From assembly GCA_015228875.1 (NCBI GenBank), contig JADGCS010000005.1, positions 3,122 through 67,121 of the forward strand: a DNA stretch of 64,000 bases. Reading direction: 5' to 3'. The DNA is from Deltaproteobacteria bacterium. Its GTDB lineage: Bacteria > UBA10199 > JADGCS01. A program made the translations under genes and the position numbers. The notes beneath the pieces were generated by a model. The model did no database searches and was not told the DNA's origin. It worked only from the letters and a program-made list of their open reading frames with translations. Positions 28,780-38,814 of the stretch are shown here, piece by piece (within the stretch, counting starts at the first letter, position 1; the number at the start of each line of letters is the position of its first letter).

Positions 28780-30567
28780 TCAGCCATGTTTGTTGTAGAG
28801 GGCAGCATTTTTGTTAAAATAGTTGCTGCTGTCAAAACCGTATATTGATTTGTAGCGTAGCCAGTGCGCAACGTCGTGGACGTCCATGAGTTGCTTGAGT
28901 GATTTAATATATTTATTAAGCTCCATGACAACAGATGGCTTGTCATGCAGACATTGGTACAATGCAAAGATTAAATAATCATTGCTCATAATCTTGTGTT
29001 TGTATGGTGTCACAAGTGAGTTTAAAAGTTCTTCTCTTTCCAGTGCCTTTGTTTCGCGAGCCTTCCACTCCAGACCTCTGGTCTCAGAAAAGGCATATCC
29101 GTAGATGTTATCTTCGCGTGAGTATTTGTGATCAATTATAATTCCGTACGCGTCAGGATCGTTGAACATGGGCGTGTTATGATGCAATTCAAGAGAACTG
29201 AAACCCCAACAGTTGACAATGTCTGAATATGTTCTGATAAAACTGCATAACTCGTTGAACTCTTCATCCGTCTCGTGTGGAAAACCAACGATGATATTTA
29301 CGCATATCCAGATGCCCGCATCGTGTGCATTAATGATGCCTCTCAGGGCCTCATCTATTGAAAGTTGTTTGTTGATAAGTTTGAGTATCCTTTCAATCGG
29401 TGATTCGAGGCCGAACCAGAGCTTAATGCATCCTGACTCTCTGAGCAGACTACAGACGTCTTTTGAAAGGTTTCTAAAACACGCCGAATCTGAATATTGT
29501 ATATTCAGTCTCCGTTTAATGATTTCACTGCAGAACTCCTCAACATATTTTTGTGAAAAGTTGATTTGTGAGTTCAGAAACAAAAAATTCTTGATCCCCT
29601 TTTCATTGACATATCTTTCAAGTATATCGACCACAACTTTTGCGGGCTTTGCAATCAAGGGATTATTGGCTTCCTTACAGAAGGCGCATTTATGACTGCA
29701 ACCGTACATGAATTTATACGGGTAGATGGCTATTTCAGCTTCCTGCCAGTGATTTTTGCAGGGAGTCTGGGGCAATATTTTTGCAAATGACGTGGTGTAG
29801 TGACTGCCGTTCACAATATCGTATGAGGGCGTGATGTTCAGAAGTTTACTTCTCAAAACAGTTTCTGTGTCTGTTGTGGTATTTGAAAGCTCTTCTCCGT
29901 CGACCAGCGTCCACTCTTTGCCATGAATAAATAATTCTCCGGTATGTTTAACATGCTCAGTTAATTTATCTGTATCGAAGTCGGTATTGACCAATATTGG
30001 AAGGGCAATGGCTCCATCACCGAAGAAAAGATAATCATAAGGGTGATCCTGTGACTGATCCAGCGCTTTTTTGATGTTGTGTGCGCCAATGATGTTGAGT
30101 ATCTGACCACCCAGTATGATTTTTTGATCGGACTTGTTTTTCAATCTTCTACACAGAAGTGTGATAAATCCAAAAGAGGATTCGAAGACATCATGGAAGA
30201 CCGTGACCCGATTGAGAGAGATCGCAATGGCAGAATAACTGAAGGAGCCTATGAATTCGACTGCCTTATTGAGTACTGTATCCAGATCTGAGGGCAGTGT
30301 CTCTTTTCTTGTTTTGATGATGTGTCTCCATTTTTGGAGGTATTGCAGTGTTGATGTTGCGAGAAGTGTTTTTTTGTCATGCAAGATATTGAACTTAAGA
30401 TTGAGATCAACATAGGTGGTTGGGATATGTGCGTGTTTTAAGCCGCCTGTGACGAGTGATGATCCGAGAGCGGGCTCGACATAGGGGAGTTCCCTAAATA
30501 GGGTAAGGTTCGGTGCCACCAGAAACAGCAGATTTTGGTCTCTTGAATTCTCCATAAAACCAAACAT
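28780..30567 (-). CDS. B12-binding-domain radical SAM protein (class B methyltransferase-like)
   Basis: N-terminal cobalamin-binding-like region; YGCSHKCAFC; SGCIKLWFGLES; NIIVGFPHET. Confidence 0.85.
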   Translation of the reverse strand: MFGFMENSRDQNLLFLVAPNLTLFRELPYVEPALGSSLVTGGLKHAHIPTTYVDLNLKFNILHDKKTLLATSTLQYLQKWRHIIKTRKETLPSDLDTVLNKAVEFIGSFSYSAIAISLNRVTVFHDVFESSFGFITLLCRRLKNKSDQKIILGGQILNIIGAHNIKKALDQSQDHPYDYLFFGDGAIALPILVNTDFDTDKLTEHVKHTGELFIHGKEWTLVDGEELSNTTTDTETVLRSKLLNITPSYDIVNGSHYTTSFAKILPQTPCKNHWQEAEIAIYPYKFMYGCSHKCAFCKEANNPLIAKPAKVVVDILERYVNEKGIKNFLFLNSQINFSQKYVEEFCSEIIKRRLNIQYSDSACFRNLSKDVCSLLRESGCIKLWFGLESPIERILKLINKQLSIDEALRGIINAHDAGIWICVNIIVGFPHETDEEFNELCSFIRTYSDIVNCWGFSSLELHHNTPMFNDPDAYGIIIDHKYSREDNIYGYAFSETRGLEWKARETKALEREELLNSLVTPYKHKIMSNDYLIFALYQCLHDKPSVVMELNKYIKSLKQLMDVHDVAHWLRYKSIYGFDSSNYFNKNAALYNKHG

Positions 30568-30645
30568 GGACTCTTGGGAAATAGTCGTACATAATAAAGC
30601 TTGTCAATCCGAATTGGGAACAATAAATTGTGCAGGAGGCTGTAC

Positions 30646-31623
30646 ATGAAAACATTCAGAGAAATCCTGGCCGATATTGACTGGGCCATGCCCGACAGTC
30701 AGTATTGTTCAAACACATTAATTTGTTTGCCGAGGTATAAGAGATTTCACGAATTGATCATGCACAACAAAAGGGAATCATCCACAACTTATGTTGATCG
30801 TAACTTTTGTCGCAGAGATAAAATTAAACGGAAACTAACTCGCGTAAAAGCGATGTTGAAAAAAATGTCGCTGCATTTCAAAATTACTCCTGATACGTGT
30901 GTTTTGGACCTTGGTTCTGGTCTTGGAATGGAATCTCTTATACTTCACTTCTTAACCGGTGTGACTGTGTGTGCTGTTGACAGAGAAACGCAAATCGAAT
31001 TTAAAAAAAGAAGTTGTCATATTAACGATTGGTATGATGATTTGGTCTTTGTACTTAAGGAGGCTGGTATCTGTGATTGTTGTCTTGATAAGGATTCCCT
31101 GAACAGCCGCGTACGCAGTATTGCCGCAGATGCCTCTCAATTGCCAGTTATGGATAATAGTTTCGATCTCGTATTCAGTATTTATTCCCTGGAGCACTTT
31201 ACAAAACTGGAACAGACCGTTGGGGAAATTCGTCGGGTATTACGGCCGGGGGGGGTGTTTTACTTTAAAACATCAAATTACAATTCTCTGGTTGGCCCGC
31301 ATACTCCGGGAATCATCGATATTCCATGGGCACATTTGGTGATTTCAAAGAAAGAGATATGCAAGATCAAGAAGGAGATTGATCCGACGATTACAGATGA
31401 TGATCTCGAAATGTTCATGGAGATCAACGAAAACACACTTGATCAATGGAAAGCTGTTTTTCCGAAAGACCTTTGGCACTTTGTCAAATGGGATATGATC
31501 AGGGATCCTGATCTTTCAGAAAAAGACATACCTGATTGGGTACTGAAGCACAAACCTGATGAGGTCTCGATTGATGATATCCTGGTAGAAGACATTGAAG
31601 CTATTCTCATTAATAACAAGTAA
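30646..31623 (+). CDS. Class I SAM-dependent methyltransferase
   Basis: VLDLGSGLG, FDLVFSIYSLEHF, RVLRPGG; AGGAGG RBS before ATG 30646. Confidence 0.9.
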   Translation: MKTFREILADIDWAMPDSQYCSNTLICLPRYKRFHELIMHNKRESSTTYVDRNFCRRDKIKRKLTRVKAMLKKMSLHFKITPDTCVLDLGSGLGMESLILHFLTGVTVCAVDRETQIEFKKRSCHINDWYDDLVFVLKEAGICDCCLDKDSLNSRVRSIAADASQLPVMDNSFDLVFSIYSLEHFTKLEQTVGEIRRVLRPGGVFYFKTSNYNSLVGPHTPGIIDIPWAHLVISKKEICKIKKEIDPTITDDDLEMFMEINENTLDQWKAVFPKDLWHFVKWDMIRDPDLSEKDIPDWVLKHKPDEVSIDDILVEDIEAILINNK

Positions 31624-31647
31624 AAACCAAGTGAGAGGGCCCAAAGT

Positions 31648-32631
31648 ATGGGAATAATCTGTTCATTTAATCGTGGTTGTAATGGTTGTTTAGCCTTTGT
31701 TTCCAAGAAAAGTTCAATGGCGAAAGTTTTTAATAGGCCTCGTGCACTTATGGTTGAACCAACGAATTACTGTAATTTGAGCTGTCCGTTGTGTCCCACG
31801 GGAAGCGGGGAACTTGGTGTTCCACGGGGTTACATGGATACCCAGAAATACAAGGCCCTCGTTGATGAACTGGCACCGTATCTTGAAGAAATGAACTTGT
31901 GGGGTTTTGGTGAGCCCATGCTTCACAAGGACATTTATGAAATGATAAGTTATGCATCTGCAAAAGGCATAGATACCCGGATCAGCACCAATGGCCATTT
32001 CTTCAAGACAAAGAGGGACGCGGAGCATGTGGTAGAATCCGGACTTTACAAGATGAGAATATCCCTTGACGGTGTATCGCAGGAAACTCTTGTCAAATAC
32101 CGCAGAAACGCTTCGTTCGAATCCATTCTGGACGGAATCAGAAGGATAAATAAAATCAAAAAACTAAAAAAGACAAAAAAACCCATTCTGGTCTTTCAGT
32201 TCATTGTGATGAAGCACAACGAACATGAAATCGACAAGGCATCCAAAATGGCCACAGAATTGAAAATGCGACTTGTCTTGAAGCCGGTAAGTGTTGGCAG
32301 AACATTGGAAGAAGCCACTGCCTATCTTCCAGACAACAAGAATTACAGCAAGTATGATTACGGCAATGATAAAATTGTAAAAGGTGCAGGGGTACCCCAG
32401 CCCAGAATATGTCCCTTTCCATGGGATTGGGCACATGTTAACTGGGACGGAAGTGTTGTCCCTTGTTGTAAGGACCCACAACGACAACACCCGTTGGGAA
32501 ATGCATTTGAACAAGGTGGATTTTTAAAAATCTGGAACTCGAAAGAGTATGTGAGGTTTAGAAAAATTTATCTTACAGACAGAAGTCTTCATGCATTATG
32601 TAAAAAATGTGTTTTGCCAGCTAAGGTTTAA
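31648..32631 (+). CDS. Radical SAM protein with SPASM/twitch domain
   Basis: EPTNYCNLSCPLC, WGFGEPMLH, CPFPW..VNWDGSVVPCC, CKKC. Confidence 0.9.
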   Translation: MGIICSFNRGCNGCLAFVSKKSSMAKVFNRPRALMVEPTNYCNLSCPLCPTGSGELGVPRGYMDTQKYKALVDELAPYLEEMNLWGFGEPMLHKDIYEMISYASAKGIDTRISTNGHFFKTKRDAEHVVESGLYKMRISLDGVSQETLVKYRRNASFESILDGIRRINKIKKLKKTKKPILVFQFIVMKHNEHEIDKASKMATELKMRLVLKPVSVGRTLEEATAYLPDNKNYSKYDYGNDKIVKGAGVPQPRICPFPWDWAHVNWDGSVVPCCKDPQRQHPLGNAFEQGGFLKIWNSKEYVRFRKIYLTDRSLHALCKKCVLPAKV

Positions 32632-33628
32632 TGCTGCCTAGAAAGAGATCGCATTTTTTGCACCTCTTGTTTTTTGCCGGGTCTTTGAGATAATTTTTGC
32701 GAAAGGCCATGAATGCTTCGTTATTCCAGATATCATGGATGTTCTGTTCAAATACATTTCCGATAAGGTGGCGTCGGTGAGGATCTTTACAACAGGGCAC
32801 GATAGTCCCGTCCCAGTTAACATGCAGCCAAAACCATGGATAGGGGCAGACTCTTGGTTTTTTCTCACTGGTTTCACAGAGGCTCATGGGTTTGTAGCGG
32901 CTTTTCTCGGGGTCCGGAAAAATTTTTTGCTCTTTGTTTTCTGCGTTCTTGTTACCGATGGATACCGTTTTGATTCTCCACCCAATGTTCATTTTTTCAG
33001 CAAGTTTTGTAAGTTTTGGGATTTCGTGTTTGTTGTGTTCCATTGCAATAAACTGAAGTATAATCTGGGGGGTTAAGCGGTGAGTCGCTTTTTTTCTATC
33101 GATAATATTCGACAACCCCTCCATAATTAACTCAAAGGAGGCCCCTTTTCTATAGACCTGTAAGACTTTATCCGAAAGTCCGTCCAGTGACACTCTCAAC
33201 TGTGTCAGACCTGAATCGACGAGTGCGTTGCATTTGTCTTTACCCCCAAAGCACTGGCCGTTGGTGCTGATTTTTGTCTTGATGTCCACAGAACTTGCAA
33301 ATGAGACCATCTTGAATATTTCAGGGTGCAGGAGGGGTTCGCCAAACCCCCATATGAGTAGTGTGTCCAATGAGGATGCCATTGTGGATATGAGTCTCTC
33401 GAATTTGCCGTATTCCATATAGCCTCGAGGGACATCAATCTCACCATTGCCTGTTGGGCAGAGCGGACACGCAAGGTTGCAATAATTGGTGGGCTCAATC
33501 ATCATGTACATGGGCATATGTGAAAGACGCACGAGCCCCATTGTGGCATTGAGTTTACTGAGCAGCGTATTCCATTTTCTTTTTGTTCTTATTCTCATCA
33601 TGCGACTTGTATAACCCACGACGGACAA
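32621..33628 (-). CDS. Radical SAM protein with SPASM/twitch domain (paralog of 31648-32631)
   Basis: EPTNYCNLACPLC, WGFGEPLLH, CPYPW..VNWDGTIVPCC, CKKC. Confidence 0.9.
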   Translation of the reverse strand: MSVVGYTSRMMRIRTKRKWNTLLSKLNATMGLVRLSHMPMYMMIEPTNYCNLACPLCPTGNGEIDVPRGYMEYGKFERLISTMASSLDTLLIWGFGEPLLHPEIFKMVSFASSVDIKTKISTNGQCFGGKDKCNALVDSGLTQLRVSLDGLSDKVLQVYRKGASFELIMEGLSNIIDRKKATHRLTPQIILQFIAMEHNKHEIPKLTKLAEKMNIGWRIKTVSIGNKNAENKEQKIFPDPEKSRYKPMSLCETSEKKPRVCPYPWFWLHVNWDGTIVPCCKDPHRRHLIGNVFEQNIHDIWNNEAFMAFRKNYLKDPAKNKRCKKCDLFLGSIKP

Positions 33629-33642
33629 AAGTAAACTTGTGA

Positions 33643-34761
33643 TTACGCCCCTGAGTCTTTAGCTGCTCTTTGGGCCTTTAAATTAAGTTCGTTCCAAAAT
33701 GCCTCAAGATGCTTTTTGTCGACGTATTTCATCACCTCGACATTCTCATCGAGGGCAATCCAGCACTTGGAACATTCGGGATGCTTGATTGGAGGTATAA
33801 GTCCACATTTGAAGTCTATGGATTTTTTTGAGTCAATAATGGATGACAAACTTGAATCAAACACATTTCCAAAAAGATATTGATCATATTTTAGCATACA
33901 ACAGGGAAAGACATTGCCGTCATGATTGATGTCAATTCTAAAGAAAGGCAAAAAGCAGGGGGTTTTTACTTGTAACTCATTGTTTTCCAAAAAATAGGAT
34001 TGCTCGCACATATCTATACTCTGGGCGATTCGCTCTATGTTTGACTCGATATTTGATGCAGAGAGCGCTGACATGCATTCCGGGATGACAGTTTTATTCA
34101 TATCGAAGATGTTCTCAGGGCTGAGTGCGAACTCTTGGTCGTTTTCAACGAAGCCGGTTCGTTCATAGGGCATGAATCTGATCGTATCGATTCCTTCAAC
34201 CTGCGCGAAGGCTATATAATCGGGCATGTGTTTGTAGTTCATGGATGTGACCACAAAATTCAGACCCACAGCCCGTACCTGGCGCGGAGTGAGGTTTTTC
34301 AACAGGCGGATGGCTCTTACGGTTTTGTGCCATGCACTTTTGATGCCTACGATATAATCGTGTGTCGCTGGATCATGTGAATCTAGGGAAAGGGCAGCTT
34401 GTCTCAAGCGAACTTTTGTGAATTTCTTAATATAATTCTTATCAATGTTGAAACCATTGGTGGTGATGGAGCATTTGATGTCTTTGTCGTGGGCATATGC
34501 GAGTACTTCGGGCAGATTTTTATACAGAGTGACCTCTCCGCCAATGAGATTGAGTTTCTTGAATCCGACGGAGCTGATGTCGTCGATTATTTTGATGAGT
34601 TTGTCTGGCGGCATTTCTTCTCCCGAGCCCCTCCTCCAACAAGGGCATTTGCGACAACGTGAATTGCAGCGCCGCGTAATCATTATTTTTGCAGATGCCG
34701 CCTTGTAGGGGCTGCCAGCCATAATATATTCTATAAAATCGGTATTGATAACAGGTTTCAT
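33643..34761 (-). CDS. Radical SAM protein with SPASM/twitch domain
   Basis: TRRCNSRCRKC, LIGGEVT, CFLPF..GNVFPCC, CSKC. Confidence 0.88.
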   Translation of the reverse strand: MKPVINTDFIEYIMAGSPYKAASAKIMITRRCNSRCRKCPCWRRGSGEEMPPDKLIKIIDDISSVGFKKLNLIGGEVTLYKNLPEVLAYAHDKDIKCSITTNGFNIDKNYIKKFTKVRLRQAALSLDSHDPATHDYIVGIKSAWHKTVRAIRLLKNLTPRQVRAVGLNFVVTSMNYKHMPDYIAFAQVEGIDTIRFMPYERTGFVENDQEFALSPENIFDMNKTVIPECMSALSASNIESNIERIAQSIDMCEQSYFLENNELQVKTPCFLPFFRIDINHDGNVFPCCMLKYDQYLFGNVFDSSLSSIIDSKKSIDFKCGLIPPIKHPECSKCWIALDENVEVMKYVDKKHLEAFWNELNLKAQRAAKDSGA

Positions 34762-34767
34762 TTGTTT

Positions 34768-35871
34768 TTATGGTTGATCTTGTAATCCAACAAAGTTTCT
34801 GTAAGCCCGCATCTCTCTATCTGGGTCTGTGATTTCAAGAACACGTTTACGGTAACATGGTTTGTTGTCGAATTTATTGTCAATGTATGTGTTGAGCAAA
34901 CAGACCAGTTCTTCGCATGTATTATAAATGCACTCTTTTGTACCTAACATTTCGATGACCCTGCCAACATTTGATGCAATGACCTGAATATTACAGGACA
35001 TGGCTTCGAGAATGACGTGTGGTGAGGCTTCGCTTCTTGATGGCATGACGAGACAGCGGGAGGCGTTATAAAGTATTGCCAGCTCTGAGTGTGTTTGTTC
35101 GGGGAGCCACTTGATTTTATGCCGACCGAGTTTCCTCTGGGCAAAACTGAAACATTTATTAAAAAAATCTTTGTCTGCAGCAAATTTTGGAATAACAAGA
35201 CACACTCGGCATGACTTTTTTACTTTGAGAAGTGCTTCAAGGAATATATCGAGTCCCTTGACCGGTTTTGACCTGCCGACAAAAATAAAGTCATATTGTT
35301 TTTCTGCGACCATTGGTGTAAACAAATGATGGTCGAATCCAAAGGGCAGGTACATGAGTTTTTCCCCGGCTTCAGGATATTTTATAAAGTATGGGCTCAT
35401 GCTTTCAGATAAAAGACCTATGCGACTGCACCACTTGATCATCTTGTGATATCTCCATTTTACAGAATACCGCTCGAAATGCTGGTAAATGTCCGAGCCA
35501 ACACACACGATCGAGTGTCTCACCTTCAGCAGACGGTTAAATTTGTACGCCAGATACGAACAACGCCCCATGTAAAAACTGACAATGAATGCCGGAGTAA
35601 TCTTTTCGGGGAGAATATTCATGAACTGCTCTGTGTATTCTGTATGACGATCAAATGATGTCAGTATATCCTGTGTTTTATTCTTAAATTCCATTTTACC
35701 GTGGATTGTTCTGATGAAATCTTCTTTGACACAAATAACCGTTGGTGGTGTACCTCTGATTGTCAGGTAGGAAGCTACCCTTGATGCCGTGGACGATATC
35801 CCACCGATGTCCGGTGGGAACACATCACAGAAGATAACAGCTGATTCAGGTCTCATCAGAATAGACTTCAT
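34768..35871 (-). CDS. Glycosyltransferase family 4
   Basis: FPPDIGG, FVGRSKPVKG, PSRSEASPHVILEAM. Confidence 0.9.
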   Translation of the reverse strand: MKSILMRPESAVIFCDVFPPDIGGISSTASRVASYLTIRGTPPTVICVKEDFIRTIHGKMEFKNKTQDILTSFDRHTEYTEQFMNILPEKITPAFIVSFYMGRCSYLAYKFNRLLKVRHSIVCVGSDIYQHFERYSVKWRYHKMIKWCSRIGLLSESMSPYFIKYPEAGEKLMYLPFGFDHHLFTPMVAEKQYDFIFVGRSKPVKGLDIFLEALLKVKKSCRVCLVIPKFAADKDFFNKCFSFAQRKLGRHKIKWLPEQTHSELAILYNASRCLVMPSRSEASPHVILEAMSCNIQVIASNVGRVIEMLGTKECIYNTCEELVCLLNTYIDNKFDNKPCYRKRVLEITDPDREMRAYRNFVGLQDQP

Positions 35872-36895
35872 TGAATATTTCTTTCAATAACAGGGCCCTG
35901 TTGTCCCATGTTTCGTTGTTTTGCATATGCCTGATGACTGCATTTTTATTTAGGACATTCCGGGATAATTCACTCGCCACTTCGGTGGCTTTGGCTGCGG
36001 CTACTGAATTGTCATATTTGAAAATTACACCCCATTGTAAGTGTGATACGAGGTTTGCATTGGGTATTTTTTCTTCGTAAACGACGGGAAGCCCGCACCT
36101 GAGGTAGGTATATATTTTACTTGTTTCATTTTCATGCAGATGGGGGCTAGGGGCAAGGGCCAGACCCACATCAGCATCAAGCATGAGCCTCAGGCTGTCT
36201 TCATAGCTGACTGGCCCCAAATATGTGCAGGCATTTCTATCAAGCTCATGTGTGTTGGAGCAGTAGAACATTGTTTTGTTGGCTCCGGCAACAACCAGTT
36301 CCCATCCTTTCTGCCGTAAGAGATTTCCTGTGTTATTCAACATCTCAACCATTTTTACACTACTGAGAGAGCCTGTAAAGAGGGCCACAGGATGCTTTTT
36401 GTTTTTGTTGTCGAGTCGCGCTGTTGGTATAACGGCAGGGCATGCGTTGGGAACAGTAAAAACCTTTTGTCGGGTGCCATATCTCTGGATCCATCTTTTT
36501 TTGTTGAGTACATCATTGACAATGATCGCCCTGGCCTTTGCGGAGATTCTGGACTGGCACTCGAGAAGCTCATCCTTATGAGCGTAGTCTCTAAACGAAT
36601 CGTTTACCCCCACAACCCTTGCAAGTCGTACTATGATTCTTGGATGATCAGGGATATGGTTGATTGTTCTCTGGTAACATGCCTTCACAATGGCATATTC
36701 ACTCCACGTGGCATTATTTACGGGAATGACCCTGACTCCTTTTGCAATGACCAGACTGGTTACATTTTGCACTGTGACCATGTCAATTTCTATCCCGAGC
36801 CTGGCCAGTGCAGTTGATAGCGATACCCATCTGATGATATCCATTGCTGTCATTGTGGCAAGTGGATTTTTTGTATAAACGATGGCTATTTTCAT
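35846..36895 (-). CDS. Glycosyltransferase (GT-B fold)
   Basis: LFTGSL, YLGPVSY, SKIYTYLRCGLPVV pattern. Confidence 0.75.
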   Translation of the reverse strand: MKIAIVYTKNPLATMTAMDIIRWVSLSTALARLGIEIDMVTVQNVTSLVIAKGVRVIPVNNATWSEYAIVKACYQRTINHIPDHPRIIVRLARVVGVNDSFRDYAHKDELLECQSRISAKARAIIVNDVLNKKRWIQRYGTRQKVFTVPNACPAVIPTARLDNKNKKHPVALFTGSLSSVKMVEMLNNTGNLLRQKGWELVVAGANKTMFYCSNTHELDRNACTYLGPVSYEDSLRLMLDADVGLALAPSPHLHENETSKIYTYLRCGLPVVYEEKIPNANLVSHLQWGVIFKYDNSVAAAKATEVASELSRNVLNKNAVIRHMQNNETWDNRALLLKEIFNEVYSDET

Positions 36896-36970
36896 GTGTG
36901 CAGATCCGGCTTGACCCCACACAATTAGGTCTCTATAGGTGCGTGTGTCAAATCAAAACGCGGGGTACCA

Positions 36971-37630
36971 TTGAAGAAAAAATGTTTGCCCAATATGTCA
37001 GATTTTTCTCTGAACGACTGGTTTGTGTTCGAGGCACAGAGAATCAAACGGGCTAAAGTGGTGGCACTGTTATTTATTACTTGCGTCAGTGTTTTTTTTT
37101 TCTTGGTGATTTACATTTCCATGGTCCATAGAACAAAGATCCTGTTGTCTGTTGATGATTTCTCATTTGATATACCAGAGTTCCAGAAAAGGATTTTTTT
37201 TTCAGGTATCGTGCCTTTCGAAGTGCTTGATGACATGAGTTTCAAGGATATCAAACAAGTTAAGATTTACTTTAGTCCTGAAGTTGAAACCAAACTCACC
37301 CAGAGAAAAAAAACATACGTCGACATTCTATCCAGTACTCTCACTGAACAGGAATACAGCATCAGAGACGAGAATCTGAAGGAATACAGACCAAAACTGA
37401 TCACCATAAAAAGCATGAGGGCGGCTATTTTTTATGCTGAGATTGCTTCTGTCGATAAAAACGGTGTTGATTTACACGGACTTCTCCTCAATGAGGATAA
37501 GATGTACCCTGACGCGCCCATACACAAGGTCAAGCTGGTCATGGGGGAAGTTTCATTATTTACGTACTGGAAAAACAAACTATTCAGCACGGAGCCGCTA
37601 TACAAAAGGGCAGGCCAGTTGATGGATTGA
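36971..37630 (+). CDS. Single-TM hypothetical protein, possibly a reduced HlyD-like adaptor
   Basis: N-terminal TM; C-terminus VKLVMGEVSLFTYW resembles the HlyD-family tail (weak). Confidence 0.45.
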   Translation: MKKKCLPNMSDFSLNDWFVFEAQRIKRAKVVALLFITCVSVFFFLVIYISMVHRTKILLSVDDFSFDIPEFQKRIFFSGIVPFEVLDDMSFKDIKQVKIYFSPEVETKLTQRKKTYVDILSSTLTEQEYSIRDENLKEYRPKLITIKSMRAAIFYAEIASVDKNGVDLHGLLLNEDKMYPDAPIHKVKLVMGEVSLFTYWKNKLFSTEPLYKRAGQLMD

Positions 37631-37634
37631 TCAG

Positions 37635-38711
37635 ATGAACATTTTAATTTACTCACAGTATCTTTTTGGGCTTGGACACATGGTCAGGGCTGTTGTCTTG
37701 GCAACAGCTCTGGCAGAGAAACACGGTGTTTATTTAATCAACGCCGGATATTCAACACAGGCGTTGATTCCCCATCATGGATACAACGTCAAAGACCTCT
37801 ACACAGGCAAGTCGCCATCGGATCTTGGAAATTTGTACCATGAAAACTTACTTCATACGAGAATCATTCAGCTTTGCGATATAACGCATGATGTGGCACC
37901 CGATGTTATCCTCATTGAGGCTTATCCATTTGCACGACGCAAGTTCAAATCCGAAGTTATTCCTTTCCTAAAGTTTGTTAGAAAAAAATACCCTCATTGT
38001 CAGATCTGTTCGTCTGTTCGCGATGTGCTTCTCAAGTATGGTGGTGATGAAGCCCACAGGAATTTTGTGATTACTGAGCTTAATAAAAGATTTGACAGGC
38101 TGTTTATTCATAGTGATCCTAATTATATAAGGCTCGACCAGACTTTTGGTTCACTCAGTCCCATAAAGTGCAGGGTGGAGTATACCGGATTTGTGTGCAG
38201 AGGACCAGATGCTGACATTCAAAGAAAGAGTTGGCATGACGGCGGATCCATTGTGGTCAGCTACGGGGGTAGTATAGTCGGCAATGAAATAATAGAAGCT
38301 ACATTGCATTGTCATCAAAAGTTTTTTGGCCATAGGGAATTGCACATATTTACCAACCCAACACACACACACAATCATGGTTACATAAAAAATGTGCATT
38401 TTCATGGATTTGACTGGGACTATATAAATTTCTTGGGGAGTGCTGCCGTCTCCGTCAGTATGGGGGGATATAATTCGGTCATCGAGGCAATCAGATGCAA
38501 AACCCCTTCGGTCATTGTTCCCTATAACCAGAATAACGAGCAAGATATCAGACTTGAACTCCTTCGGGATTCTGGTTTGTTTGAAGTGATTGCCGGTGAC
38601 AAACTGAATCCTGCAACACTCAAGATTGCTATCGAGAAGGTGGTCAACAAACAGCCCTGCCAAGACAAAATCAACCTTGACGGGGCTGGTTATATTAAAC
38701 GTGAGTTGTAG
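37635..38711 (+). CDS. Glycosyltransferase (GT28-like C-terminus)
   Basis: YSQYLFGLGH, SSVRDVL, VSMGGYNSVIE, VPY..EQ. Confidence 0.85.
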   Translation: MNILIYSQYLFGLGHMVRAVVLATALAEKHGVYLINAGYSTQALIPHHGYNVKDLYTGKSPSDLGNLYHENLLHTRIIQLCDITHDVAPDVILIEAYPFARRKFKSEVIPFLKFVRKKYPHCQICSSVRDVLLKYGGDEAHRNFVITELNKRFDRLFIHSDPNYIRLDQTFGSLSPIKCRVEYTGFVCRGPDADIQRKSWHDGGSIVVSYGGSIVGNEIIEATLHCHQKFFGHRELHIFTNPTHTHNHGYIKNVHFHGFDWDYINFLGSAAVSVSMGGYNSVIEAIRCKTPSVIVPYNQNNEQDIRLELLRDSGLFEVIAGDKLNPATLKIAIEKVVNKQPCQDKINLDGAGYIKREL

Positions 38712-38814
38712 GCACTGAGCAGTGCTTTTCTACGCGTTTCGGCGTCAATTTTTTCACTGTGTCCGCCTGCGTAGGATTTTCCGCTTTATGCGGGTTAGGA
38801 CATCAACGTGCATT

